Source of the DNA: Harriotta raleighana
Taxonomy: Eukaryota
Length of the DNA: 64,000 nt
Direction: 5' to 3'
NCBI GenBank assembly: GCA_050575255.1
Contig: JBNZDD010013635.1
Location: 3,136,358 to 3,200,357, forward strand
Below the pieces are notes generated by a model. The model was not told the origin of the DNA. It saw only the letters and a program-made list of their open reading frames with translations, and did no database searches. Shown here one piece after another: positions 1 through 13,470 of the stretch (positions within the stretch are counted from its first letter, which is position 1; the number at the start of each line of letters is the position of its first letter). A program made the translations under genes and the position numbers.

Positions 1-289
1 AAATGCTGATATTTTTCTGCTTCAGATCTCGCCTTCAAACTAGAGAGCAGAGGGGAAATCAGTGCGCAAGATCATTCTTTTTTTTAAATTATACTCTTGN
101 ATACAAGGTCAGCTTAATGCCTACAAACTAGAGAGCAGAGGGGAAATCAGTGCGCAAGATCATTCTTTTTTNTAAATTATACTCTTGGCTTCTTATTGCC
201 AATTTTCTGTTCTCCAGCTCTCCTGAAGTTGTTGGTTCTTGGTAGCGTTTTTACTGCTTAGTACCTGTACATACATACATTCAGTGTGG

Positions 290-480
290 GTTGCTGGTTT
301 GTGATTAGAAGCTCTGGCTGATTCATCCTCTCCCAAGCCCAGAAAATACAGAGGCCAATTTAGCAGCCTGAGTGATATCTCAACTGTACTCAGTTAGCTC
401 ATTAGAGACCAGAATTCAAACCTGTGATCTTCTAGAGTGTACCATTTAGTGCTACTTTGAGTGGTGCATTTGTTGACTTG
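290..480 (-). mobile_element. Old, diverged tRNA-SINE-like relic of a second family (name uncertain)
   Basis: Motifs GGCTGATT..CCTCTCCCAAGCCCAG..GAGGCCAATT and a reversed B-box-like TTCAAACC. Related fragments lie at ~780-830, 4310-4470 and 18925-19030 on the plus strand. Confidence 0.4.
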
Positions 481-1326
481 CCTTTAGGGAAAAGTACAAA
501 CACAAGGATATTCCTTCTGAGCTGTTTTTAAAAAATAGATACCTGTACCACACATTCTTGCGAAATTCAACTCCTCTCCCATGTGTCTCAATCATTTATT
601 TTTGGCAAGAAAGACCATGCCTATATTATATAAACATTTGTATATAATGTTTCACCAACAATCTTCCAGTTGGACTGATAAGGTCATTTGAATTTGTGCA
701 GCATAAAATGTAATATTTGAACTATGTTCTAAAAGGACTTAATGGAACATAAAGCGTATGTTGGGGGTGGGGGGAAGGGGAGAGACTAGGAGAGAGAAAA
801 TTCCAGCCACAATGTCTGATCACTGCTGTCTGTCTTATTTTTAACAGAACAAGAATGCTCCAAGTCGCTTAGCTCATATTTCTTGGTGGTTTTTAAAACA
901 CATAGGAAAGCCAACATCAAAACCAAGTCTATTTGTTTCTGCATTTTATCTTACAGACCCTATCATTCAGTTCCTGGAATACTTTCAAACTTGCTCAGTA
1001 CTTACTAAATGTGGTCTGAATTATCCTCAAACATTGTATAAGATTAAGGCAGTGTAACATATCAGTCGCACCACACTCAGAGCCCACAATCTCAAATGTT
1101 GCCACTTAAAGGCCAACCACAACCGCCTCGACTCCACTCCAGAGTCAAATTAGACTTGAGACATTGACAATACTTAAACCCTCAAGTAGCACGAGAAGGA
1201 TTTTAGTACATCTAGAACAATGGCAGCCCAAATCTTTCCCTTCATCTGTTAAGTGCTAATGCCATTCAAACTCAAACAGAGAGCACCCAGTTTCAGTTCT
1301 GCCCTTATCCCAGATGACACAAGTAG

Positions 1327-1643
1327 AGGAGGAGTCCTGTAGCTCAGTGGTTAGAGCACTCGCCTTACAAGTGTGAGACCTGTGTTCAAATCCAGGCAGG
1401 TCAGGTTGATACCTTGGGGAAGTTTCCTTACTCCACATGCCTAATAATAATCCCTCCAACAAAAAACAATAATAAAATTGATCATTTAAATCTACGGCTG
1501 TTTGTGGGACACTGTTATGCGCAATTGGCTGCCACGTTTCGCTCACAAATTTACAGTCAATTCACTTTATAACATATTCTGTGAAATGCTTTGAAACGTC
1601 TAGAAGAGGTGAAAAGCGCAATATCCAATGCAAGGATTATTAT
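1327..1643 (+). mobile_element. Full-length tRNA-derived SINE with a Deu-domain-like core and an L2-like tail
   Basis: A box TAGCTCAGTGG (1340-1350), B box GTTCAAATCC (1384-1393), core GCTGTTTGTGGGACACTG..GCGCAATTGGCTGCC and tail GCAAGGATTATTAT. More than 10 related copies occur in the window. Confidence 0.85.
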
Positions 1644-4309
1644 CTTACACATGTGTGATGGAAATGTGTCCAACACAATGCTTGTCACTCCCAGTCTTAT
1701 ATTTAGCTCACAGCCTAACGAGCAAAGATTCACAGGTATAACAAAAGAGAGAGAAGAAAATCTTTCTTAAGCCTCACTGACCATCAGTGCATTCAGTGGC
1801 AACAAGATTTGGGGAACAAATGTCATAGGAAGTAATAGGAACTGATGCAGTCAGTGGAATATGATGTGCATTCTGCTGCCCTTATTACTTGAAAGAGACA
1901 TTCAGAATTGGCAAGCTTAGCATTAATCAGCAACCACAGATGGATTTGTGTATGTGATGACAGGGTCTGACCTGATGGTAATTCCTTGCTTCCATTCCCC
2001 CATCATACCCACAGAGTAAACTTGGAACCTTCAATCTCGGGCTCATTGACTACGCAGCACATCAATTCTTGTAAATTCTACAATTGTATAGTAATTCTCT
2101 GTTCCGCCTGCATTGAGTTTCAACAAGCCTCCTTCTTTGGTACTGGTTTCAGCGCAGAAATGCACTGAAGGGTCACTCCTTCTATGTAAGAATCCAATTG
2201 ACTACAATTTATGATTCAATGAATCCACATTTATCAGTCCCCAAAGATACTCTGCCTGCATTTGGTGGCAGGGAAATAGAGAAGTTCCATCACGTAAGCT
2301 GGTGGGGATAATGCACAACTCAAATTGACATCAAAATGGAATGATAGATCAGCCTGTGTAGTAAATAACCGTCATTTAAATACTCATTGCTTTTGCTTCT
2401 AATTCTCAATTCAATCCATCTTTTTCATTTCCAGCTCTGTTTGTTGATTTAAGAATCCTCCACCTAAGGATGGTTATTGTTCCCTTGGGTTACTTTTTCA
2501 TTGTGTGAGCTGCATTTATGAATGTGTTTAAATGTTAACCCTTTAATACAGTTCTGCGAGTAATGTGAATCTTACAAATGAGAATCTTTTCAATTCCTGG
2601 GGGCATCATCGCAGAGTCTCCCATTTGCCCTAACATGGCGGTGTTGCATACATAACGAGCAGGAATCACTGGATAATGATAAGGAGTTAAAATATGGGCT
2701 AATTTTCTCCTTCCCTAATTCAGCACACGCTGGGAATTCAAACTTGGGACCTATTTCTTCTTCTTGGCTCAAGTTGTCACAATTGCGCCGCCAACTGGGA
2801 AGTAATTCAACAACATTTGATGCATTCTATTTCAGTACAGATCTATGCCAACCAGAATGGCCAAGAAATAATTGTTGAAATGCACAATACAACAATTCTT
2901 CTTCAATGAAAGTAAAGCGTCATTGAGAACTGCTTAGTTTGCAATGGACATAACCTACTATGCTTTCAAGAAACATAATCCAAGGTCTTCATGTGATATT
3001 ATTGTATAAAGAAAACCATGTTATGGCAGTAGATTATTTTGCAGTAGTCTCACTAAAACTGTTAAACTTCTGACGATGGTCAAATAAATACTGGAGCCAC
3101 ATGGAATTAAAAATTGCCATCTGGCTCACATAAAGACGGAGAAATGAAGAATATTACTGTTTTCTATAACTCCCAACTGGAATGAATCTCTTTGTGTAAT
3201 AAAATAATTCTTAATTCTTTTTTTATTCCAAGAAAAATAAGAGAACATTTGCCCAGACAGCTTGAAGGGACATGTATCAGTTCATGTTATGAGCTTTGTT
3301 TGTCTTGGAAATGGATATTACACTATATATAAAATTTTGGAAACGCGTTGTGACATTTTAATGTACATATTTTTTCTATTTTTCTATTGCATTGGGGCCC
3401 CGCTTTAAACTAGTCATTCTTATCTGAGTTGGGTCTCTCTCTCAATTTATGTTGCATTTTATTGAGAAACTGGAACAAAGAGACATTGCTAAGGTAATTT
3501 CAAAGATACTTCTGCATCTGTCCTGACCCGAGGGCTTGATGTATACATTAAAGAATGTAACAAGAAATATGTTTCATCCTCTCCTATACTCCGACAAGCA
3601 CAAAACATTTCTTAAATATATATTCTTTATTATGATTAAGTAGGATCTGTTAGTGTCATGGGAAGGCTGTTTGGCTTTAGCTAATGATAAGTAAAACCAA
3701 ACCAATTGCAGATAAGACCAGTTCTATTACACAAATGGCACAAGACTGTTGTATTACTTCAATTGCGTGCAGTGTGAGTTCATGAATATTTCAACATGAA
3801 TAATTTTGTTTGCCAACAGAAATGCAAAATAAGGTCTTGATGGTACAAAATTTATTTATTAATGCATGCCAGAAAGAGATAAACAGATTTACCCTGAAAT
3901 TATTGAAGAACTAGTTTATTGAAGTGGAAGTGAGTTCCATTAAATTATCCCCCTAAGCCAAATAGTCAAAGAGAGATAACTACACACTTATATCACAGCA
4001 TCTCGCTCAACTTATTTGGTGTTGCAGAACCTCTGTGCTGCAGCAGCCAAGGCAGACATTGTGTGCGGAGTGCAACCTTTCTGCGACAGCAATGGGGCAT
4101 GCGCCTCTCAATCCACTTTGTGAAGTCATAGGTTAGGGAGATCTGCACATAATAACCAGCTCCTGGGGTGGTCTCTAAAAAGCAAATGAGAAAAAGTGAG
4201 GTGACAAAGTTATAATAAGCAAGCTAACTGTTCCCATTTTATGAGTTAGGCTTTATGGAGATTAAGTGGAATATAATCTGTAACTCACCCTTTAACAATT
4301 TAGATCTAG

Positions 4310-4470
4310 TTTGGAATCTTGTTCTGTGTGAAGTTAGCTAGGGTGGCACGATGGGTAATACGATTGACCTAAGTGGCCCAAGTTAGAGAGGGAACAATCA
4401 AACAATATTATAATATTCCCACCTGTGATCGTTATACAAGTGATTCTGCTCAAGATGCACACATTGCAAT
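4310..4470 (+). mobile_element. Old SINE-like relic of the same family as 290-480
   Basis: TCTGTGTGAAGTTAGCT..ATTGACCTAAGTGGCCCAAGTTAGAGAGGGAACAATC resembles the reverse complement of 290-480. Confidence 0.4.
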
Positions 4471-4587
4471 ATCAAGGGGAAGGGTTTGGTTCTGCGATGC
4501 CCTCCACTATTAAATATCCTATTGACACTTATGAGGCTCACTCACAAAAAATTAGCACGATCCCACAAAAGGTGAAAACAGAACTGT

Positions 4588-4760
4588 ACTACAAGAACAA
4601 TATCGTACATAGAGTCCTTCACATCAGGGGATGTCCCATACAACTGAACAATGAGGCATTTGCACCCAAGCTGCAGGTTGGGATCAGAGAGGGATGGAGG
4701 AGGGCAAATTACCAAAGGCACTGTTGAAAAGGGTCTATTCCAGGAGGAAAGTGGTGGTTA
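4588..4760 (-). mobile_element. Degenerate L2 3' end
   Basis: CCTTCACATCAGGGGATGTCCCA resembles the L2 tails at 8725 and 12272. Confidence 0.55.
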
Positions 4761-5514
4761 AACATTTTGAGGAGAAATTGGCAAGAAAAAAAACTATCAA
4801 AATGCCTTCTGCCTTCTGTCATCATCCTATGGAACTTTTTTTAGATCATGACACAAAACTCCATAAGGAGCTTTAGCATACAAGTTTCTAAGAAAGCTAA
4901 GCTTAACATGGGGACAAACAAGAACATGTCCAGATTCCCCTACCCACCACCAAACATGAATAACTTATTTTGAAATGACTGAAATCTGGAAGTGCAACCA
5001 AAAGAGCAAGTGCCTTAAGGCTACAGAATGGAACACACAGAAAATGTTAAGCTTAAAAATAGTTATTGGCATCAATTGCCAAATCATCCCAAATTCGTAT
5101 TCAATTGTAAGCCAACTCACCAAAGCCTGTCCATATTTCCATGTATAGGCTGCTGTTTGTGCTGCACCAGAGTGCAGAGGATTTCCACATGTGTCATACA
5201 CCTGACTGACCCCCAAAAATACAGTGCCAGATAGCTGGATAATGTATTATACCAGTTAGTCTTTTAGTGAGACATCACTAAAAGCAAATTAGGAAGTGCC
5301 ATTTCTTACTGCCCACGCACATATTATAGATTCAGTTACCTTTAATACTTGTCCACTGACAGAGGCATCAACTCATTTCTTTCAGCATTCCAGTGTTTAG
5401 GATCTGGTCCTCACTGCTTCTGCAGAAATAATTTAATTTTATATTTAAGAAAGATCTATTGAACCTTTCTGTGGCAAGGAATAGTAGAGAGAATCAGTAT
5501 TCTATCCATTCACC

Positions 5515-6045
5515 TTGGGGCACTTTGGGACATACTCCCCACGTGAAAGGCACTATACAACTGTAATTTTGTATTGTATTCATGAGTTACTCATAAGCAT
5601 CAGGCTCTGCGATGCCATCACCCTCACCCTTGCCAGGCTCCATTGGCTCCCCAGTTCTCAGAGGATCAAATTCAAGATCCTCGTTCTCATTTTCAAGGCA
5701 CCCCACAGGCTTGCCCCCTCCTACCTTGGCAACCTGCTGAGCCCCCTACCAACCTGTTTGTTCTCTCCATTCATTCTGGCCTGCTACATGTCTCCTGCCC
5801 GACCCACCCTACCATCGATGGACAGGCTTTCAGCTTCTCAGTCCTTATGCTTTGGAATTTCATCTCACAATCCCTTTGCCTTCCTCTTTGACCGTGCCTT
5901 CAGCCGCCATCCAACCTCTCTGACCTCCTTCATCCCAATCCTGCTCCCCCCCTCCATCCTCAGGTCCTGACCCCTGACTGCTCAGCACCTTGGGATGTCC
6001 TCCCAATGTGAAAGGTGTTCTACAAATGTAATTTTGTTATTATTG
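5515..6045 (+). mobile_element. L2 LINE 3' fragment (5597-6045) preceded by a separate short L2 tail (5515-5580)
   Basis: Encodes LARLHWLP..QRIKFKILVLIFKA..LAPSYL, the L2 ORF2 C-terminal motif. Ends in GTGAAAGG..AAATGTAATTTTGTT. Confidence 0.85.
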
Positions 6046-7994
6046 AGTTGAGTCATATTTGATATTTGAAGGCAAATTAATGACATTTAAATGGGATACT
6101 TTGCAAAATGTTAAAAATAAAAGCAGGAGCAATATATTGATGCCCTTAGTACACAGTTATTGCTCTAATCTTACCATGTTTACAAAACTCACCTGAGGCT
6201 CAGATTTGTCATGGTCTGAAAACTACTTTAAAATGCAAAAAATTTTAATTCAGAAATTGTCTTAAATTGAATATCAGTTATGAAGCCAGTCTTCCACAGT
6301 TTGGTGCATGCCTGCCCGGCATGCCTATTTGACTCTGTATACAATGTTAAATATTGGTTGTAGAGGCAGATATAGAGTTGTGTTTTGTAGAGCTCAAAGT
6401 CGATTCAGTGCAACAGAAGTGAAAATGCCAAGTAGAATTAGTAGGAACAGTAAACTAAGTTATCTTAAACAGTACAATCCCTTATTTTTAATCATTCATC
6501 TGATCAACAAGCCTTTTCCTGCATCAATAGAATTCTTATCAGCCATCATTCACATGTCCACCGCATGATTTTAATTATGGGATCCGAATCCATTCACTTC
6601 CTCTAGCCCACTTCCTCTTAATATTTTTCCATCTCAAGGGGATCTTTGTGCCGAGTTTAAAAGGCTACAATGATGGTAGCCTTGAGAACCTCTCTAATGA
6701 CAGGGCGCTGATCTCTGATAATTCAAGGTAATGACATTTGAGCAGAACATCCTCTACCTGAAATTAGAATAAATGATAGCAGAGTCTCTGAAGTGAAAAA
6801 TCCACAGTCTGTAGTAATGGACTCAAACTGTAGCGTTAAGACAAGCGAGTTACCCTCTTATACATTTAATTTGTGATACATCAATCAAGCATAAAATAAG
6901 GCACAGACTCCATTTTACAAATATAAAATGGGAAGTACTCACATACAAACATGTACTGTATACACACAGATTCGCACACATTGCTCCAACATTGCTAATT
7001 ATTCTTAGTGTTCAAATTCTCATTCCTGTGAGATCTATTATTCCTAGGCCTCCTGTAGTTTTTGGTTTACAATAACTAAACTCTCCAACGCTAAAGGGTT
7101 TGAAGCTTGACACCTCAAAAGCTGACGGCCGAATACAGAGCTTTGCCCAAGTATTCTCCTAACTCAAAGCAAATGATGCACTTTTAATCTCATCTTTCTT
7201 GAAGATCTGTCTGGTTGGAGTTGGCTCAATTCCAATTTTAACAGTTTAATCATTGCTCCATCTTTAAAATCCTCCTGAGGCCAGAGAAAGGCTCACCTTC
7301 AGTGGAATAGTTTTACCAGACTCCTATTGCTCGCCACTTGTTACATTACACTGTCCTGTTTAAAGTGCTCCAAGATGTTACCCTATGTGAAGCATTCTAA
7401 ATACGTATAAGTTGTTGTTGTTGTTGTTCATAAGTGAAGCTTAGTTGTGAAAATCAATAACAACAATAACTTCTACGTATTTAGAAATTGAACCTCAATT
7501 TGATAGAAATACAAGATTGGACTGCAGATGCTTAAAAATTCCTAACATTTTTAAAAGGCACAGAATCTGGAAAGGGTTACTTAAATTTAACTGTAAAACC
7601 AAGCTCAGCTGGATTCCAGCCAAAAACATTCCTTAGAGGGCTGTTTAAGTGTATTGAGGTCCTTTGAACTAAAATTTACTGGTTTAAAACCATTTCCATT
7701 TACAGATTACAGTATTTTAAAGCATGCCAGGTACATCATCTGAATAGAAGTTCATTCTGATCATTTTAATGGATTTACCTGGTAATTGGGGACAAATAGA
7801 AATATCAATGTGTGCTGCACATATACTCTATAATTTTCTCACAAGTAGTTATTTACAATTCAGCATTAGCTGAACTCAGAAAATCTCTGCATTTAAGTGA
7901 TTGTTACACAAGTAAACTGAATGCATAAGTGATGCATTTGAAAATTCTACAGACAAAAAATAGTTTGAGCAATAATAATCCCTGCAATTGATAT

Positions 7995-8570
7995 ATCAAT
8001 CAATCAATCAAAATTACATTTATATAGCGCCTTTCACATCAGCAGAACGTCCCAAGGCGCTTTACAGTCAAGTACAGTCAGCGGGGTGGGGGAGGGGTAG
8101 GGGGAAGGAAAGTAGGAAAAATTGTCTATATATTTGGGGGCGAAATGCGGCAGCAAATTGCGCACAGCAGTGTCCCACAAACTGTCATGGAAATGGGGTT
8201 AGTGGAGAAAGGGGGGAAAGATGGCAATGGGAGGGGTCAGAGTAGGGGCAGGAGTTCAGAAAAAAACGACCGTATATTTGTGGGTGAAACGCGGCAGCCA
8301 AAGTACACACAGCAGTGTCCCACAAACAGTCGCGGAAGTGGGGCCAGGGGAGAAAGGGGGAAAAGAGGGTAAGGGGGGAAACAGAGGGAAAGGCGGAGGG
8401 GTAAAATCAGGGAGGAAAAGTGGGGGAGAAAGGGTGGCAAGGAGGAAGAGGGAGGGAAAGGTGGTTAGGGGCAAATCAGGAAGAAATGGGGAGAAAGGGA
8501 GGTAAGAGGTAAGAGGGAAGAGGGAGGGAAGGGGGGGACCGGAAGAAGAAGAAAAGGAAGGGGGAAAGGT
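7995..8570 (-). repeat. Composite element: L2-type tail, two SINE core fragments and purine-rich tracts
   Basis: (TCAA)n plus L2 tail at 7995-8070, SINE core at 8128-8185 and 8270-8335, G/A-rich spacers between and after them. Confidence 0.6.
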
Positions 8571-8607
8571 CATACATTTAGCACATTTAACACAATTTAA
8601 GGTTTAC

Positions 8608-9870
8608 AAATAATAATAATAATCATTGCATTTGATATAGCGCCTTATCATGTCTTCGAGGTGTCTCAAAGTGCTTCACAGAATAAACTGTAAAGTGAAT
8701 AGTTTTGTGGGTGAAACAGGTGGGCAACAACAACAACAAAATTACACTTGTATTGTGTCTTTCACGTCAGGAGGACGTCCCAAAGCACTGGACAGTCACC
8801 GTGTCAGACCCGAGCTGGGGACGGGGAATGCGAGACAGGGGAGGAAGTGGGGGGATTAGGAGTTGTCGATGGGACCATCGAAGAGGAGAGACTTGAGGCA
8901 GGACTTGAAGGAGGCCAGGGAGGGGGCGAGCTGGAGGGACTGCATGATAGAGTTCTAGAGGTTGAGGGCAGAGTGTCTAAAGGCTCACCCACCAATGGTG
9001 GGGTGGGTGAGTCAGGGGACGTGGAGCAGGCTAGAGCATGTTGAGCGGGGGTTGGTAGAAGGTTACAGATCTAGGTTGGGGTCAGGTTGTGGGGGACTTT
9101 AAATGTGAGAACCAGGATCTTGAATTGGATCCTCTGGATGATGGGGAGCCGATAGAATCGGGCGAAGATGGGGGAGATGTGGTCACTGAGTTTGGAACGA
9201 TAGAGGACACGGGCCGCAGAGTTCTGGATCATCTGCAACCTGTGGAGGGAGGAATTGGGAAGGCCGACAAGCAGGGTATTTGCATAGTCGAGCCAGGATG
9301 TAATGAAGGCACGAATGGGGGTTTTAGCTGCTTTAGGGGTGAGTTAATGGTGGAGTCGGGAAATATTGCGGGGATGAGGAAAGGCAGAGTGAGTCATTAC
9401 CTGAATGTGGGGGAGGAAAGGCAGTTGAGGGTCAAACAAGACACCTACGTTCCTGACTGGCTTGGTGAGGTCGAGTGAGCAACCATGGAGGTGGATACTG
9501 CCAGCGCCTGATGCGTGAAGGTGCTGGCGAGAGCCAATCAGTAGGGCCTCTGCCTTGTTGACATTCAACTGTAAGAAAGTTAGCGCTAATCCAGGACTTT
9601 ATGTCTGACAGACAGTCTGGAGTCGAGGGTAGAGATAGGGAGATAGAGTTGGGTGTCATCTGTGTACATGTAGAAGTTAACCCCATGTCTGCGGATAATC
9701 TCACCAAGTGGGAGCTTGTAGATGTTGGAAAGTAAGGGGCCAAGGACAGAGCCCTACGGGATGCCACAAGTGACAGCCGATTGTGCACAACAAAGTCCCT
9801 TGGAGAGTCGTGGCTTGAATGACCAAATGATTTATTTTTATTTACACATTTTTTGTGAAGGAATTATCAC
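8608..9870 (-). mobile_element. SINE (8608-8724 and 9773-9870) interrupted by a 5'-truncated L2 (8725-9772)
   Basis: The SINE sequence resumes after the L2. The L2 has an (AAC)n tail and reverse-transcriptase remnants (YTDDTQLY-like, [22 protein letters not shown]) with frameshifts. Confidence 0.85.
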
Positions 9871-11920
9871 CCTCAGAAAAGTGGACAAAAATCACAGACC
9901 TAAGTTGTTGGCTAGTACTGTGCTCCATCACGTGATCACTGATCACTCACCAGTTCTGAGCACTCAGGAACTTTCAAGGTTGTTTCAATAATGTTTCCTT
10001 CTTCCCCTGTCAGCTACTGATCAATCAAACCCAAGAAGCAATTGCTCAGATAGGAAATAATCACCCCATCCATTTAATCTTCCGAGTCGCTTGCCTCACG
10101 ATGCCCGCGATAAATCCCAGCAATTCCAAAACTCATGAGAACTTAAGTGAGCTGGGTACAATTTCAATTGGAGCGGGATTGACTGGTGCTGTGAGGAACA
10201 AGATCCTCGATCCATGAGCAAACAGAGTACAGTATATTTCTTGAAACATTAACCCCTGTACAGAGAACCCAATATGGGAAATACAGTATTTACTTTTTAT
10301 TGGCTTATTCTTGTTGTGTGCTTGATGATAAATGTAGCTCGGACCCATTACCTTTTTCTTTCTCTCAAATTCCTATTATTCATACAGGAGCCCAGACTGA
10401 ACGCAACAAATTATTTAACAGTGTGGTCCTGATCTGGTCATTTTTCAATATCCAAGCTTTTTCCCCAACCAAAATCATTGGATATGACATGAAACCTTTA
10501 GCTGATTTTCCCCCTTCCTAATGTAGGAATCATCATGGCCAAATAAAGAACATATGATCACCTAAGAACACAAACTGTGAATTATAGCTGCAATGTTCTG
10601 GTCTGTGTGGCTCAATGATACCATATCTGGTCCTCACTCATTAGATTTTGGAGTGGAGGTGGGGGATGCGGTCAAGGAGAAAGGAGTTTCCTTTTATCCT
10701 TTTCATTTAAGGAAAATCTGTGAAATAGAGCTGACACTAAAATAAAAAGTATATATTCTTGTCCAATTCATCTTCTCTGAACTATTGCTGCCAACTCCAC
10801 TTCAAACTTATAACCTTGTGGTTCTACTAAGTCAATCAGGCTTACAATAAATTAATCAGGTACTGAAACAGCACCTATTTTTAACAAAGCATTCATTCTT
10901 GAGAACTGAAATGAACAAGTATCGAACACATTGGCTCATTGTTAAGTCAGCCTTTAGAGATAGGAGCGGAATCTGCCTCGATTTTCAGCGTGGCATTTCA
11001 CTTCACCAGTCCAACAGGCCAATAATACATTAGCTCCCCCACTTTTGTTTGTGTGCTTCAGAGAGGAATGCCCCCCTTTCATCTTTGCCCCTTCCCCAGG
11101 GAAAAGGCAACCTCCCATCAAGTTAAAACTGAGCTCAAATTCACCAAGATGGAAGCAGGTCACCAGAACCTGCTCAAGACTCCACAACTCTTATTAAATG
11201 TAGACTGTACATAGGAAGCTGCTGGGCTGAGGGATACAAACGATCATATTCTGCCCTCTGCCATGGGAATCTGCAATGTTTCGAACAAATTGCCTTTGGG
11301 AGTTTTGTGGTGTAATACAGCAGCATCTATTTATAACTGATGTTTGTGCAGTCTTGATTTGCTGGTTAATGTGAAACTGAGCAGTGTATCCAAGCATAGA
11401 TAGTCAATAACCTGACCTTTAACCTTTCAGGTATCTGTTCACCCCATCAATTCAAAAGGCTGCAAATGGCTTCTGGATTCAAACAACATTTCATTAACCC
11501 ACAACATGTTGGTTTCTAGGGATTTGCGATAATACGCAATGATAAAAACCTCCGGCATCTTTTTCCCTCTACGCATTCAGGGCAGGGAAGGGGAGTATTG
11601 AGTAAAAGACAAGTGATTTCTGGCTAGTTTTCATTGCATTTCAAACATGTCAAGAAACTCTGTACACGAATTTGATATTGGAATTTAGTATTGTGGCAAT
11701 TGATACCCCAATTAAGTTCACAGTCAGATGACGCTGCTGGTCTGTAGAATAGAATAAAGAAACATCTGGGATTTTTTGTAGCAAACAAGCTCCAGTTATT
11801 GTAAGCAGTGTCTGCCCTCAGCAACTCCACTCGGGCACCATTCATCTTGGTCGCATGCACAGCTTATATTCCGTCAACCTCAGCAATCATCTTCAACATG
11901 TCGAATACGTACTGTCTATT

Positions 11921-12230
11921 TCATAAGAACATAAGAATTAGGAGCAGGGGTAGGCCATTCGGCCGCTCGAGCCTGCCCCACCATTCAATAAGATCATGGC
12001 TGATCTATATTAACTCCACCTACCTGCCTTATCCCCAAATCCCTTAATCCTTTTATCCACAAGAAATCTATCAAACTCAGTCTTGAATATGTTCAACTTG
12101 AAAACTTCAACTCAGGCTTGAATATGAGCATCTACAGCTCTAGATTTAAGAATTTATCCTTTCTTAAATTCACTACCCTCTGTGTGAAGAAGTTTTTTTC
12201 TCAACTCAGTGTGAAAGGGCTGACCCTTGG
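11921..12230 (-). mobile_element. CR1-clade LINE 3' end
   Basis: CATAAGAACATAAGAATTAGGAGCAGGGGTAGGCCATTCGGCC..CGAGCCTG is the reverse of a CR1 3' hairpin and 8-mer tail. A close copy lies at 62301. Confidence 0.8.
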
Positions 12231-12271
12231 TACTGTATTTATACCTGCTCTTCCTTTAGTTCCCATAGAAC

Positions 12272-13470
12272 AAAACCACCACTACCAACAACAAAATTAT
12301 ACTTGGTATAGCGCCTTTCATGTCAGGAGGACGTCCTAAGGCGCTGAACAGTCACTGTGTCAGACACGAGCTGGAGGTGGAGGGGTGGGGAAGGGGGGGA
12401 TACCAGTTGCCGATGGGACCATCGAAGAGGAGAGTCTTGAGGCGGGACTTGAAGAAGGCCAGGGAGGGGGCGAGGCGGAGGGACTGCGGGATGGAGATTG
12501 GGGGCAGAGTGGCTAAAGACTCACCCACCAATGGTGGGGCGGATGGATCGGGGGATGTGGAGCAGGCCAGAGCCTGCTGAGCGGAGTGGGCGGGTAGGTT
12601 AGAAGATCACGGATGTAAGGTGTGGAGAGGTTGTGGAGGAGGAAAGATAATTGAGGTTGAACAAGATGCCTAGGTTGCTGACTGGGTTGGTGAGGTCGAG
12701 TGACCAACCATGGAGGTTGATGCTGCCAACACCTTCGTGCATCAGGCGCTGGCGCGAGCCAATCAGCAGAATCTCTGTCTTGTTGACATTCAACTGTAGA
12801 AAGCTAGTTCTCATCCAGAACTTGATGTCTGACAGACAAGCTGTCAAAACAGTAGTCCTGGACTCGAGGATAGAGGCAGAGAGATAGAGTTGGGTGTCAT
12901 CCGCACACATGTGGAAGTTAACCCCATGTCTGCAGATGATGTCACCAAGTGGGAGCATGTAGATGTTGAAAAGTAAGCGGCCAAGGATAAATCCCTGGGG
13001 GATGCCACAGGTGAGTCCTGGGGCTGGAAGGAAAGCCATTGGTGGCGACAAAGTGTAGACAATGGGAGAGGTAGAAGGCGAACCAGACGAGGTGAGGTCC
13101 GCTGAGATTGAGGAGGGAGGAGAGGTGGTGTAGGAGGATGGAGTGATCGACAATGGTGGCAGAGAGTTCAAGGAGGACAAGGAGGCAAAGAGAACCCTGT
13201 GCAGATTCTGTTTTGAATGTCGTTAGAGACTTTGACCAGGGCTGACTCTGTGGTATGGGGCAGCAAGGAAGCCAGATTGAAGGGGTTCGAGGAGCGAGCA
13301 GTAAACGGGTCAAGCGAGAAGGTGGTGGGTTTTGTTTTATGGAAGAGAGCAGAGAGGGCGGGGGAAGAGATAGGGTCAAAGATATGTAGTCGGGTGTGGG
13401 AGGGAGGTGGATCCTGGGGGAGAGGTAGTGGTGAGATAATGGAGGATGGGATAGAGGTGGCTGAATGCTT
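12272..13470 (-). mobile_element. 5'-truncated L2 LINE with an internal deletion
   Basis: Reverse-transcriptase motifs GIPQGFILG..LFNIYMLPLG..FHMCADDTQLY..QLNVNKTE. The tail matches the 8725 copy. Confidence 0.9.

Noticed and set aside
1327-1400. tRNA gene
   Set aside because: It has A and B boxes but continues into a SINE body that is repeated throughout the window, so it is a SINE head.
7988-8573. Gly/Lys-rich and Pro/Phe-rich ORFs
   Set aside because: They arise from low-complexity purine tracts that lack stop codons.
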